The notes beneath the pieces were generated by a model. The model saw only the letters and a program-made list of their open reading frames with translations, was not told the origin of the DNA and searched no databases. Of a stretch of 64,000 bases of DNA, positions 54,467-63,427 are shown in pieces. Both the position numbers and the translations under genes were made by a program. The stretch comes from an uncultured Candidatus Saccharibacteria bacterium (GTDB lineage: Bacteria; Patescibacteriota; Dojkabacteria; SC72): positions 5,826 through 69,825 of the forward strand of contig CAZUDZ010000001.1 of the NCBI GenBank assembly GCA_964618765.1, in the 5' to 3' direction. Within the stretch, counting starts at the first letter, position 1. Each line of letters begins with the position of its first letter.

Positions 54467-56905
54467 ATGTTAACGATTTGGATACTTCTTGGACTATTAA
54501 TATTCGCATTGGCCTTTCTAGGTTTTGTTCTTTTTCTAGGAGGGAAGAATACAGATGACACAATGTTGTATGAGGAAGTTAGAAGCCCCATATTTATGCA
54601 GATCTTAGTACCTCGGGAAAATGAGAAGGCTTCTCTTGCTGCAGAGCAGATGTTTGCCTCTATTCATGGAATTCTTGAAAACTATTCTAAATGTCCGGAT
54701 GTTGTTAGTTTTGAAATAGCATCAACAGAGGAGGATGGTATTCGCTTCTATGTTGTAGCGCCCCAACATCTCTCTAGATTCATAGAGGGCCAGATCTATG
54801 CTCAGTATCCCAATGCCGATATCCAGTATGTGGAAGACTATACTAAGAAAGATTCTCTCTTGTCTGAAACTTTTGTAACAACCGGAGAGATAGAGATGGA
54901 GAAAGATTATATATTCCCAATAAAAACATTTAGAAGCTTTGAAGTGGATCCCTTAGCAGCAATAACAGGGGCAATTTCAGAGCTAAATAGGGGAGAGAAG
55001 GCTTGGTTACAGGTTGTCATTCGTCCAGTCTCTAACTATTGGCAAGATCGTTCAAAAGAATATATTACATCAGTTCGAGAGGGTAAAAGTTTAAATGGAG
55101 GTGGCCTCATTAGCTTTGTATCAGATATGGTAAAGAATATGGGGAAGGTATTATCTCAAACATCAGAAACAAAAGTACAAAAGGAAGTTGTTAAACTTCT
55201 TCCAGGACAGGAGGAAGAATTGTCAGAAATTGAGAACAAGATGCTAAAGGTAGGTTTTGAATTTAAAGTGAGAGTTGCTACTAAGGCAGACACGCAGATA
55301 AGATCGGAACAGATACTACGAGACATAGTAGCTAGCTTTAAGCAATTTACTACAGCACATCTTAATAGTTTTATCCATATTCTTCCGGATAAAACAGGCA
55401 AAGAGATATATGAAGACTATATTAAAAGATATATATCACAAGAAGAGCCGGATGTTATAAATATAGAGGAATTAGCCTCTTTGTATCATCTTCCTAATAT
55501 TTCTGTAGAAACTCCCAACATTGCTTGGAGTAGGGCTAAGAAGTTAGAACCTCCTATGAATGTTCCCAAAGCAACAGATGGTGAAGTTACAATATTTGGG
55601 GAGACAGATTACCGAGATGTAAAATTAGAGTTTGGTATCAAAAGGAAAGATAGACAAAGGCATTTCTATCTTTTGGGGAAAACAGGAACAGGAAAATCAA
55701 CTCTGTTTAAGAATATGTTCATATCAGATGTTTTGGCAGGTGAAGGAGCTTGCTTTGTAGATCCACACGGAGATACTGTTGATGAGCTCCTAAGCTATAT
55801 CCCCCCCAACCGTGTAAAAGATGTTGTATATTTTAATCCTACAGATATTGACCATCCAGTTGGTTTTAACCTTCTAGAATTAAAAGACAAGTCGCAAAGG
55901 GACTTAATAGCAGATGGAGTGGTAGAGGTGTTTAAAAAGCAGTTTGGTGACTCTTGGGGGCCTAGATTACAGTACATACTAACTAACACAGTAGCTACAG
56001 CTCTAGAAGCACAGGGGACTACACTCTTAGCAATACTTCGTTTACTTTTAGATAATAATTACCGTAAATTCATACTGAAACAGGTAGATGACCCAATACT
56101 TTACAAATTCTGGACAGATGAATATGCTCAGATGAGTCAAAATAACAGATTGTTAACAGAATCTGTATCTCCGATACAAAATAAAGTCGGTCGCTTCATA
56201 TCCTCCGCAGTCATTAGGAATATAATAGGGCAAGTAAAATCAACAATAGACTTAAGAGATATAATGGACAATCAGAAGATCCTGCTTGTCAATTTAGCTC
56301 AAGGAAAACTAGGAGAGGAGACAGCTTCTTTACTTGGTGGTATGGTCATAACAAGATTGCAATCGACAGCAATGGAAAGAGTAGATATCCCGATAGACGA
56401 AAGGAAGGATTTTTTTCTGTATGTTGATGAGTTTCAGAATTTCGCAACGGAATCTTTTGCTAAAATTTTGTCCGAAGCTAGAAAGTACAAACTTAATCTA
56501 ACAATGACAAATCAGTACATTGATCAATTACCCTTAACTGTAAGACAAGCCATATTTGGTAATGTTGGAACAATGGGTTCTTTTGTAGTCAGTCCAGCGG
56601 ATGCTGCAATATTGGAGAAGGAATTTGCTCCAGTCGTATCTGCAGATGATCTTGTCTCTTTAGATGCTTGGGCTATGTATGTCAAACTGTGCATCGATGG
56701 CATGACCTCTGTACCTTTTAGTGCAAAATCATTGCCAGTTAGATATCACAATTTCAACCTTAAGGATGAAATTATCTCAGAATCTCGTATAAAATATGGT
56801 GTCCCAAAAGAGGTAATAGAGGAGAAAATCAACAAATGGAGTGCTCAGGAGTATAGTGATAAGGGAAATAGGTCTATAAACAAGACGGAAGAAAAGTCTA
56901 AGTAA
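54467..56905 (+). CDS. Membrane-anchored VirD4/TraD/HerA-like P-loop ATPase
   Basis: N-terminal TM, RHFYLLGKTGTGKS, DPHGD, LYVDEFQNF, SEARKY, NQY..QL; ATG behind TTGCTT-N17-TAAAAT. Confidence 0.85.
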   Translation: MLTIWILLGLLIFALAFLGFVLFLGGKNTDDTMLYEEVRSPIFMQILVPRENEKASLAAEQMFASIHGILENYSKCPDVVSFEIASTEEDGIRFYVVAPQHLSRFIEGQIYAQYPNADIQYVEDYTKKDSLLSETFVTTGEIEMEKDYIFPIKTFRSFEVDPLAAITGAISELNRGEKAWLQVVIRPVSNYWQDRSKEYITSVREGKSLNGGGLISFVSDMVKNMGKVLSQTSETKVQKEVVKLLPGQEEELSEIENKMLKVGFEFKVRVATKADTQIRSEQILRDIVASFKQFTTAHLNSFIHILPDKTGKEIYEDYIKRYISQEEPDVINIEELASLYHLPNISVETPNIAWSRAKKLEPPMNVPKATDGEVTIFGETDYRDVKLEFGIKRKDRQRHFYLLGKTGTGKSTLFKNMFISDVLAGEGACFVDPHGDTVDELLSYIPPNRVKDVVYFNPTDIDHPVGFNLLELKDKSQRDLIADGVVEVFKKQFGDSWGPRLQYILTNTVATALEAQGTTLLAILRLLLDNNYRKFILKQVDDPILYKFWTDEYAQMSQNNRLLTESVSPIQNKVGRFISSAVIRNIIGQVKSTIDLRDIMDNQKILLVNLAQGKLGEETASLLGGMVITRLQSTAMERVDIPIDERKDFFLYVDEFQNFATESFAKILSEARKYKLNLTMTNQYIDQLPLTVRQAIFGNVGTMGSFVVSPADAAILEKEFAPVVSADDLVSLDAWAMYVKLCIDGMTSVPFSAKSLPVRYHNFNLKDEIISESRIKYGVPKEVIEEKINKWSAQEYSDKGNRSINKTEEKSK

Positions 56906-56946
56906 AAGATCTGGTTTGGAACCTTTTGTTTGTGTTAGAATATACT

Positions 56947-57729
56947 ATGTCAGGACATTCTAAGTGGTCAACAATTAAACATAAAAAAGCCATCCTAGAT
57001 GCTAAGAAAGGTAAAGTTTTCTCAAGAGTTTCTACTCAAATAACACATGCTGCAAGAGAAGGTGGTGGTGATCCAGAGATGAATCCTTCCTTGAGGATGT
57101 ATATAGATAAGGCAAAGGAAGTAAGTTTTCCTCAGGACAAAATAGAGAAGGCAATACAGAAAGGAGTAGGTGAGGATGGTGAAAATATTACTTTTGACAG
57201 TTCCACATACGAAGGTTTTGGTCCCTTTGGGATACAGGTGATAGTAGATACTTTAACAGACAACAAGAATAGAACGATAGCGGAATTAAGAAGACTTTTT
57301 GAAGATATTGGTGGGAATATGGGAGAGGAGGGGAGTGTAGGTTGGAACTTTGATCTCAAGGGCTTGATACTAATTAAAAGTGGACATATGGAAAAATCTA
57401 AGAAGTATGGAGAGGATGACAAATTTGTAGAGGAAGATGTAGAGGAAGTAATGCTTAATATTATGGAGATAGAGGGGGTACTGGACATACAGGAAGTAGA
57501 TTTAGATGGTATAAAAGGATTAGAAATATACACTGAGTACTCTGATTGGGGTAAGGTTAGAGATGCCATTAGTAAATTAGGTTATGTATTAAAGGAAGCT
57601 GGAATTGTGAAAGAAGCAAAGACATTCAAAGAGTTAAAAGGAGGGGAGTTAGAGAAAGCCAAGCAAGCTTTGGAGAAATTAGAAGATCAAGAGGATGTTC
57701 AAGAGGTTTGGAGTAATTTAAAAGAGTAA
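56947..57729 (+). CDS. yebC: YebC/PmpR family protein
   Basis: MSGHSKWSTIKHKK, GGGDP..NP.L, YEGFGP, TDNKNRT. Confidence 0.95.
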   Translation: MSGHSKWSTIKHKKAILDAKKGKVFSRVSTQITHAAREGGGDPEMNPSLRMYIDKAKEVSFPQDKIEKAIQKGVGEDGENITFDSSTYEGFGPFGIQVIVDTLTDNKNRTIAELRRLFEDIGGNMGEEGSVGWNFDLKGLILIKSGHMEKSKKYGEDDKFVEEDVEEVMLNIMEIEGVLDIQEVDLDGIKGLEIYTEYSDWGKVRDAISKLGYVLKEAGIVKEAKTFKELKGGELEKAKQALEKLEDQEDVQEVWSNLKE

Positions 57730-57734
57730 AAAGA

Positions 57735-58199
57735 ATGCGTATTTTAGGTATAGATCCAGGTTTAGCTACAACAGGATGGTCTGTGGTAGATTTTGACAAT
57801 GATGGAAACCCAAAACCCATTGACTATGGTGCAATCGTTACTAAAAAGGGCCTAAGTGTCTCTGTTAGGTTAGCAGAGATATATGAGGATATGAATGAAT
57901 TAATAGAGAAATTTAAACCTGATTTAGCAGGAATAGAGACATTGATATTTTGTAATAATGCAAAAACAGTAATGTCTGTGGGAGAGGCTAGGGGAGTTGT
58001 GAGATTGGCCCTAGAGCAGAACAGCATCGATATTAAAGAGTTTACACCTCTACAGGTAAAAAATGCTGTAACAGGGTATGGTAAAGCTTCTAAAGAACAG
58101 GTACAAAAAAGTGTCAAGATAATCTGTAATTTGAAGGAAATTCCCAAACCAGATGATGCTGCGGATGCAATTGCTGTGGCTATTGCATGTTATTTTTAA
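57735..58199 (+). CDS. ruvC: Holliday junction resolvase
   Basis: ILGIDPG, GEARGV, P.QVK.AVTGYG.A.K, DDAADA.A. Confidence 0.96.
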   Translation: MRILGIDPGLATTGWSVVDFDNDGNPKPIDYGAIVTKKGLSVSVRLAEIYEDMNELIEKFKPDLAGIETLIFCNNAKTVMSVGEARGVVRLALEQNSIDIKEFTPLQVKNAVTGYGKASKEQVQKSVKIICNLKEIPKPDDAADAIAVAIACYF

Positions 58200-58238
58200 C
58201 GAGATCTATACCTTCCCAAAATCCTGTATAATATAACC

Positions 58239-58820
58239 ATGATTTCTTATATAACAGGTACAGTTCTAAAAGCTAACATATCCAAAGAGTCTTACGTAGA
58301 CATCTTAACAGACAGTGGAATCGCTTATAGAATAAGCATACCTAGTACATACTCCATCCCTGCTAAGGGTGAGAAGTACTCATTATATACTCATTTTCAT
58401 GTCAGAGATGACAGACAAACACTCTTTGGTTTCAAGACCGAACAGGAGAGGGATTTTTTTGAACAGTTAATATCTGTATCCGGAGTTGGTCCTAAAACGG
58501 GGATATCCATAATAACAACATTCTCTAGGAAAGAGTTAGAAAGTATTATACTAAAAGGAGATGCAAGATCACTAAGTAAAGTTTCTGGACTAGGTATGAA
58601 AGGAGCACAAAAGATAATATTGGAATTAAGAGGAAAGATAGAGTTTGAGCAGAAGGATGGACCTGAAGAAGATATAATTAAAGAACTAAATCAAGCCCTT
58701 AAAACCTTGGCTTTCTCAGGAGAGCAATTAAAGGAAAGGATTAAAGTAGGGGAGGACATCTTAAAGAAGAAGAAAGATATTAGTATAGAAGAATTAATTA
58801 AGGAAGTATTAAGTAAATGA
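58239..58820 (+). CDS. ruvA: Holliday junction branch migration protein A
   Basis: MISYI.G, LFGF....ER..F..L..VSGVGPK, G.K.AQKIILEL. Confidence 0.95.
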   Translation: MISYITGTVLKANISKESYVDILTDSGIAYRISIPSTYSIPAKGEKYSLYTHFHVRDDRQTLFGFKTEQERDFFEQLISVSGVGPKTGISIITTFSRKELESIILKGDARSLSKVSGLGMKGAQKIILELRGKIEFEQKDGPEEDIIKELNQALKTLAFSGEQLKERIKVGEDILKKKKDISIEELIKEVLSK

Positions 58821-59848
58821 TAGAATCCACAGCCGATACTGTGAGTAAAAAGATAAAGAAAAAGAGATTAAAAGCATCTTCCTCTGGAGAAACTTCCGAA
58901 CTAGAACAAAGTATTCGACCTAGCAGCCTAGATGAAATGATTGGAAGAAAACTAGAGAAACAGACACTCAAGATGATGATAGACTCTGCCAAAAAAAGAA
59001 AAGAAGTTATCGATCATGTACTTTTCTACGGCCCTCCCGGATTGGGTAAAACCACATTCGCTATGGCTATTGCAAACGAAATAGGTGCTTCTATTAAAAT
59101 AACCTCCGGACCAGCAGTGGAGCGACAAGGAGATCTAGCTGCTATTTTAACAGGACTAAAGAAAGGCGATGTACTCTTCATCGATGAAATACACAGATTG
59201 TCTAAAGTAGTGGAAGAGATACTTTATCCTGCGATGGAAGATGGAGTCCTAGACATTATTATGGGCAAAGGAACCTCTGCAAAGACCATCAGGCTAACAC
59301 TAGAATCATTTACCCTCATAGGTGCTACTACACAAGTTGGGAAAATAAGTTCCCCTATGAGAGAAAGATTTGGACTGGTTCAAAGACTGGATTTTTTTAC
59401 ACAAGAAGATCTTGTTTCCATTTTAGAAAGGGCAAGTAAATTATGGGATATAAGCATAGACAAAAAATCTCTTAAAATGCTTGCCGATAGCTCCAGAGGC
59501 ACTGCTAGAATAGGTTTAAGACTACTAAGAAGAACAAGAGATTATGCCCAAAGTAGGGGAGCAGAAGAGGTAAACTCAGAGGTAGTGTTGAAAACTATGA
59601 AGTTGCTTGGAGTAGATGAACAAGGATTAGAAGAAATAGATAGAATGATACTTAAAACATTATTAAATAACTTCAATGGAGGGCCAATAGGGCTATCCAC
59701 CTTAGCCGCATCTATTTCAGAGGATGAAATAACCCTCGCTGATGTATATGAGCCATTTCTAATGAAGTGTGGATATATTAAAAGAACCTCCAGAGGAAGA
59801 GTACTAACACAAAAGGGATTAAAATATTTAGAAAGCATCAATGGATAA
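58817..59848 (+). CDS. ruvB: Holliday junction branch migration helicase B
   Basis: GPPGLGKTT, TSGP, FIDEIHRL, LYPAMED, GGPIGL.TLA, EPFL. Confidence 0.97.
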   Translation: MIESTADTVSKKIKKKRLKASSSGETSELEQSIRPSSLDEMIGRKLEKQTLKMMIDSAKKRKEVIDHVLFYGPPGLGKTTFAMAIANEIGASIKITSGPAVERQGDLAAILTGLKKGDVLFIDEIHRLSKVVEEILYPAMEDGVLDIIMGKGTSAKTIRLTLESFTLIGATTQVGKISSPMRERFGLVQRLDFFTQEDLVSILERASKLWDISIDKKSLKMLADSSRGTARIGLRLLRRTRDYAQSRGAEEVNSEVVLKTMKLLGVDEQGLEEIDRMILKTLLNNFNGGPIGLSTLAASISEDEITLADVYEPFLMKCGYIKRTSRGRVLTQKGLKYLESING

Positions 59849-60656
59849 AGCCGTATCAACGACAGATGAGGAGAAAAGAGGAAAGCTTCTTATCCTTGCA
59901 GCAATAATCGCTATCGCAATATTTATATCAAAAATAACCCAGGCCCAAACACAGGTAGTAGTTGGAAAAGTATATCTGAATGCCGCGATATACTTTGTAG
60001 CAACATTCGTAGGTCTTCTCTGGGCATTCGATTTTAAGGTAAAGAAGAAATCCACACTCTTTCTTCTCCAATCGTCTCTTTATGTCTTCTCACAAGGAGT
60101 ATTTATTGAATTCTTCTTCTTTCAAAAGTTTAGTCGAATATATGAAGCCTTCATACTTCTATTCTTAATGGCACTAGTCTTTCTTGGTAACTACATATCA
60201 TTTCTTATGGCCAATGTATTAAATGTAGATCTCTTTAAAAAGATTCCTCTCGCACAAGTTGGGAGAACCTCCTCTTACCTCATATCCCTTCTGATGATGT
60301 ATTTTTTTACATTTAGCCTTTTAGTCACAGGACTACAAATCTATTTCCTCTTACCATTAGTACTACTCTCTTTTGTATTCATAATTACAACTCACTACTT
60401 AAATGTAGGTATAGAAGGAGGAGAACTATACAAGAAGAGTCTTTTGACCACACTAATAACCTTCATACTCTTCTTAGGAATATTCCTAACCGGAGATTCC
60501 CATGAGATTGTCGCAATTATCCCTGTAATCGGCTACTACTTCTCAGTAGGGGTAGTTAGTCAGGAGAGAGTTGTATATGGTAAAAGTAAAGGAACATATT
60601 TCTATCTTTCAATCTTAGTAATAATTTTCCTCTTAGGTGTTTTCTTGAACATCTAG
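59841..60656 (+). CDS. Hypothetical multi-TM membrane protein
   Basis: ~9 hydrophobic segments, IPL.QVGRT motif; overlaps ruvB stop. Confidence 0.7.
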   Translation: MDKAVSTTDEEKRGKLLILAAIIAIAIFISKITQAQTQVVVGKVYLNAAIYFVATFVGLLWAFDFKVKKKSTLFLLQSSLYVFSQGVFIEFFFFQKFSRIYEAFILLFLMALVFLGNYISFLMANVLNVDLFKKIPLAQVGRTSSYLISLLMMYFFTFSLLVTGLQIYFLLPLVLLSFVFIITTHYLNVGIEGGELYKKSLLTTLITFILFLGIFLTGDSHEIVAIIPVIGYYFSVGVVSQERVVYGKSKGTYFYLSILVIIFLLGVFLNI

Positions 60657-60919
60657 ATTTAAAAAGAAAAAACAAGTGTGCTGTTTCATGGAGAGTAGGG
60701 GTAGAGGCCAGGCCTCAAGGGCCTATAGTGTGTGGTGGCCCATAGTTTGTCACTGTGGATAAGGTTTTGCTAGATTTAGACCTTTAAGAATGCAGTTGCA
60801 GCACAGAGTAAGGTGACTCTAAAATCATTGTAGTTTAAAGAAGTTTACGATACTACCTCAATACCAAGGAGAGATGCTTCTACCCTTTACGAAAATGTGT
60901 TATGATTTAAAACATACCA

Positions 60920-60947
60920 ACCGAGTATAATCACCCTTATATGCGGT
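60920..60947. other. Candidate dif site (chromosome dimer resolution)
   Basis: ACCGAGTATAA-TCACCC-TTATATGCGGT: 11-6-11 layout, arms 9/11 inverted, ATAA/TTAT inner core, ~205 bp upstream of Xer gene. Confidence 0.75.
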
Positions 60948-61152
60948 CTGCTGGTAGTGGATTTGAGATGGGAGAAAAGAATACATTATTTAAGATACAA
61001 AATAAAAATGAGAATCTATTCCTTTCCAAGAATCTCTTCTTTTCTTAACCTAAAACTTCATCTACTTCCCTTTTCTATTCGAAGGCCAAATTTCTTAAAA
61101 ATAGTCCCCCTACCCCTATTTGTCAAAATTTAAGTTTAATATACAATACAGT

Positions 61153-62517
61153 ATGAAAGAATTCCCTAAATTAAATGATCAAGATGATTTTCTCCTCTCA
61201 TTGCAGAACAACAACTACAGTCTGCAAACCATATACAATTATGCTCGGGATCTTTGCATATTCGCTACTTTCCTACATTTTCGAAAAACGGAATTTAAAG
61301 ATATTAACAAAAAAGAAATAGACACATTCAAAGGATACCTAGTTGCAGGACAACACTTGAGAGATTTGGGTAAATTTAGAGAGAAAAGTGTCAAAAAGGT
61401 TGATGTAGTGCAGCTCGAGGGCAACAAGGCTCTAAACGCTGATTTAAGGCATGTCAAATCATTTAGTGATATAGACACACCTAGAAAAGAGAATGAAAAT
61501 GTGGTGAAACCCTCAGGAGCATTTGAAAGTGATTTTTTGACAGATGTGTACTCCAAGGTCTACGGAACTCTTGGACAATATTCAAACTCATCCAAATCTG
61601 CTAACAAAAAAAACAAAGGACTCAGTCCAAGAAGTATAAACAGAATGCTTTCATCTTTAAGATCGTTTCTAAAATTCAGAATCTCCTATGACTTAGAAAT
61701 CCCGTTACCCCCAGATGCTGTAGATTTAATGAAGGGAGAAAAGAAAATAAAAAAGGTTGCAAGTCTAGATCAGCTTGTTAAATTGATTGAAGCACCAATG
61801 CTTTTCGAGAAAGATGAAAAAGTGGCATTACGAAATAGATGCATGTTAGAAATGTTATTTGCCACCGGTATGAGGATATCGGAACTGGTTAACCTAGATC
61901 TAGAACAACTAAATGTTGAAGGGAAAATATATATTATCGGGAAAGGTAAGAAAGAGAGATCTGTCTATATGACCTCAAGAAGTTTAGATTGGCTAAATAA
62001 ATATCTAGTTGTTAGACTGAAATATGCATTTTTAGATAGGGATGAAAGTGAACAACCCGCAGAGATGGAGAAGTTTTTTATAGAAAACCCCAAGGAAAAA
62101 GACCGTGAAACATCTGGGAGTTCTGGGTTAAACTTAGAGATTTTCGATAAGGGTAATCGAAAATATATTAAACTAATCGAAAATTATAGAAAAAGTGGAA
62201 TGTTAAATAAATTTGACTCCCCTGCTCTCTTTATCCCTTTCTCTGGAAGAAAAGCTGGGAAGCCGAATGCCAGAATATCAACTAACTATTTTCAGGAGAG
62301 AATTGTGGTCTACAGAAAGAAACTGGGAATACAAATTCCTACCTCTGCACATAGCTTGAGGCATGGTTTTGCTACGTATTTAGCAGAAGAAGGTGCTAGC
62401 CCAGCTGCTTTACAAGTACTACTTGGTCATGAAAGTCTCAATACCACAACGAAATATGTACATGCAAGCGAGAAATTTGCTGAAGAAACAGTTAGGAAAA
62501 ATCATCCCTTGAAGTAG
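61153..62517 (+). CDS. Xer-type tyrosine recombinase with two large insertions
   Basis: YS..TI.NY..DL, R.LSSLRSF, RN..MLE.LFATGMRISEL, GKG.KER, HSLRHGFAT, LLGH....TT.Y; ATG behind TTGTCA-N16-TACAAT. Confidence 0.92.
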   Translation: MKEFPKLNDQDDFLLSLQNNNYSLQTIYNYARDLCIFATFLHFRKTEFKDINKKEIDTFKGYLVAGQHLRDLGKFREKSVKKVDVVQLEGNKALNADLRHVKSFSDIDTPRKENENVVKPSGAFESDFLTDVYSKVYGTLGQYSNSSKSANKKNKGLSPRSINRMLSSLRSFLKFRISYDLEIPLPPDAVDLMKGEKKIKKVASLDQLVKLIEAPMLFEKDEKVALRNRCMLEMLFATGMRISELVNLDLEQLNVEGKIYIIGKGKKERSVYMTSRSLDWLNKYLVVRLKYAFLDRDESEQPAEMEKFFIENPKEKDRETSGSSGLNLEIFDKGNRKYIKLIENYRKSGMLNKFDSPALFIPFSGRKAGKPNARISTNYFQERIVVYRKKLGIQIPTSAHSLRHGFATYLAEEGASPAALQVLLGHESLNTTTKYVHASEKFAEETVRKNHPLK

Positions 62518-62545
62518 GTAGGAAAAGATTTGCCTCAATTTTTAC

Positions 62546-63343
62546 TTAATATGCATTTAGGCTAGTGTGTGAAGCTTTATTTCTTTCTACTCTCTCTATC
62601 TCAGCTCTCCATTTGTTTACCTGTTCTTTAGTACATTTATAAAATTTTGGTTCTGGACTACTACCATCCTTTCTTATCCTTCCACTCAAGTATTTTAGTA
62701 TATATGTATCTTCATTTAGAGCTAGTGGATTCTCCAAGGCTTTCTTAAATTCTGGATATCCGAATCTAACTGTCATGATCCCAAATGGTTTAATCATCTC
62801 TCTCGTTGAGTCTTCAGGGGTATAAATTTCTGGATTTACCATCTCCATTGGATAGTTTGTGAAATCTTTTACCTTCTTGTCCTCTAAAACTAGAGATAAC
62901 ATCTCTTTAACAGAGTTTAATTGTTCCTGTAAACTCTGCTCCTTTTCTCTAGATTCGGGAGTGGCTAGAGGAGCCTCTGGAGCAATCTCTGGCTGGTAGC
63001 TACTAGTAGGAGTAACAGGATTAGGCTCGACAGTGGGTTCTTGTGAAGGGATTTCTGCCTGCATGGCAACATTCGGAGTATCATTGCTAGGTGTATTTTC
63101 TCTAATATATCCTAAAGGATCATCTGTTTCTGATGGCTGTTGAGGTGTTTGAGACTCTAAATTTTGTTGACTCTGTTGGTTTGCCCAAGGGTTTGGTATC
63201 TCTGCTCCTTGTTGAGAAGCTAAAGGCTCGTTAGTGGCTTCTGCTACTGGAGGCTCATTAAAGTTTTGAGGTTGGTTTATATTACTCATTGGGACATCAG
63301 AAGGGTTCTGAGCTTGAGAATATGGATATTGATCAGGTGTCAT
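62546..63343 (-). CDS. Hypothetical protein, P/Q/N/E-rich disordered N-terminus, coiled coil and small C-terminal domain
   Basis: Long ORF; start at MTPDQ (63343) or 63379. Confidence 0.6.
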   Translation of the reverse strand: MTPDQYPYSQAQNPSDVPMSNINQPQNFNEPPVAEATNEPLASQQGAEIPNPWANQQSQQNLESQTPQQPSETDDPLGYIRENTPSNDTPNVAMQAEIPSQEPTVEPNPVTPTSSYQPEIAPEAPLATPESREKEQSLQEQLNSVKEMLSLVLEDKKVKDFTNYPMEMVNPEIYTPEDSTREMIKPFGIMTVRFGYPEFKKALENPLALNEDTYILKYLSGRIRKDGSSPEPKFYKCTKEQVNKWRAEIERVERNKASHTSLNAY

Positions 63344-63427
63344 AATATTGGCAGATTTAAAATTTATTCTACACTTCATTAAACATTAGGAAGGAAGATA
63401 TGTCAAGAAATTAACAAGTAAAAGGTG

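Noticed and set aside
54467-56905. Conjugative element around the VirD4-like gene
   Set aside because: Flanked by core genes; no relaxase, VirB4, pilus genes or boundary repeats
60754-60762. Perfect DnaA box (TGTGGATAA) in the long intergenic region, suggesting oriC
   Set aside because: Only one box was seen, with no dnaA/dnaN nearby; genes converge and skew goes from G-rich to C-rich, which fits a terminus rather than an origin
60-61556. Many antisense or overlapping ORFs in the track (e.g. 6589..7047-, 10330..10920-, 13756..14316-, 35286..35810-, 49463..49942-)
   Set aside because: S/F/L/I-rich shadows of purine-rich genes on the opposite strand, with no motifs or start signals
61153-62517. 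Tyrosine recombinase as a prophage or ICE integrase
   Set aside because: Xer-like motifs, no phage or conjugation genes, no adjacent tRNA or att duplication; the dif-like site explains it better
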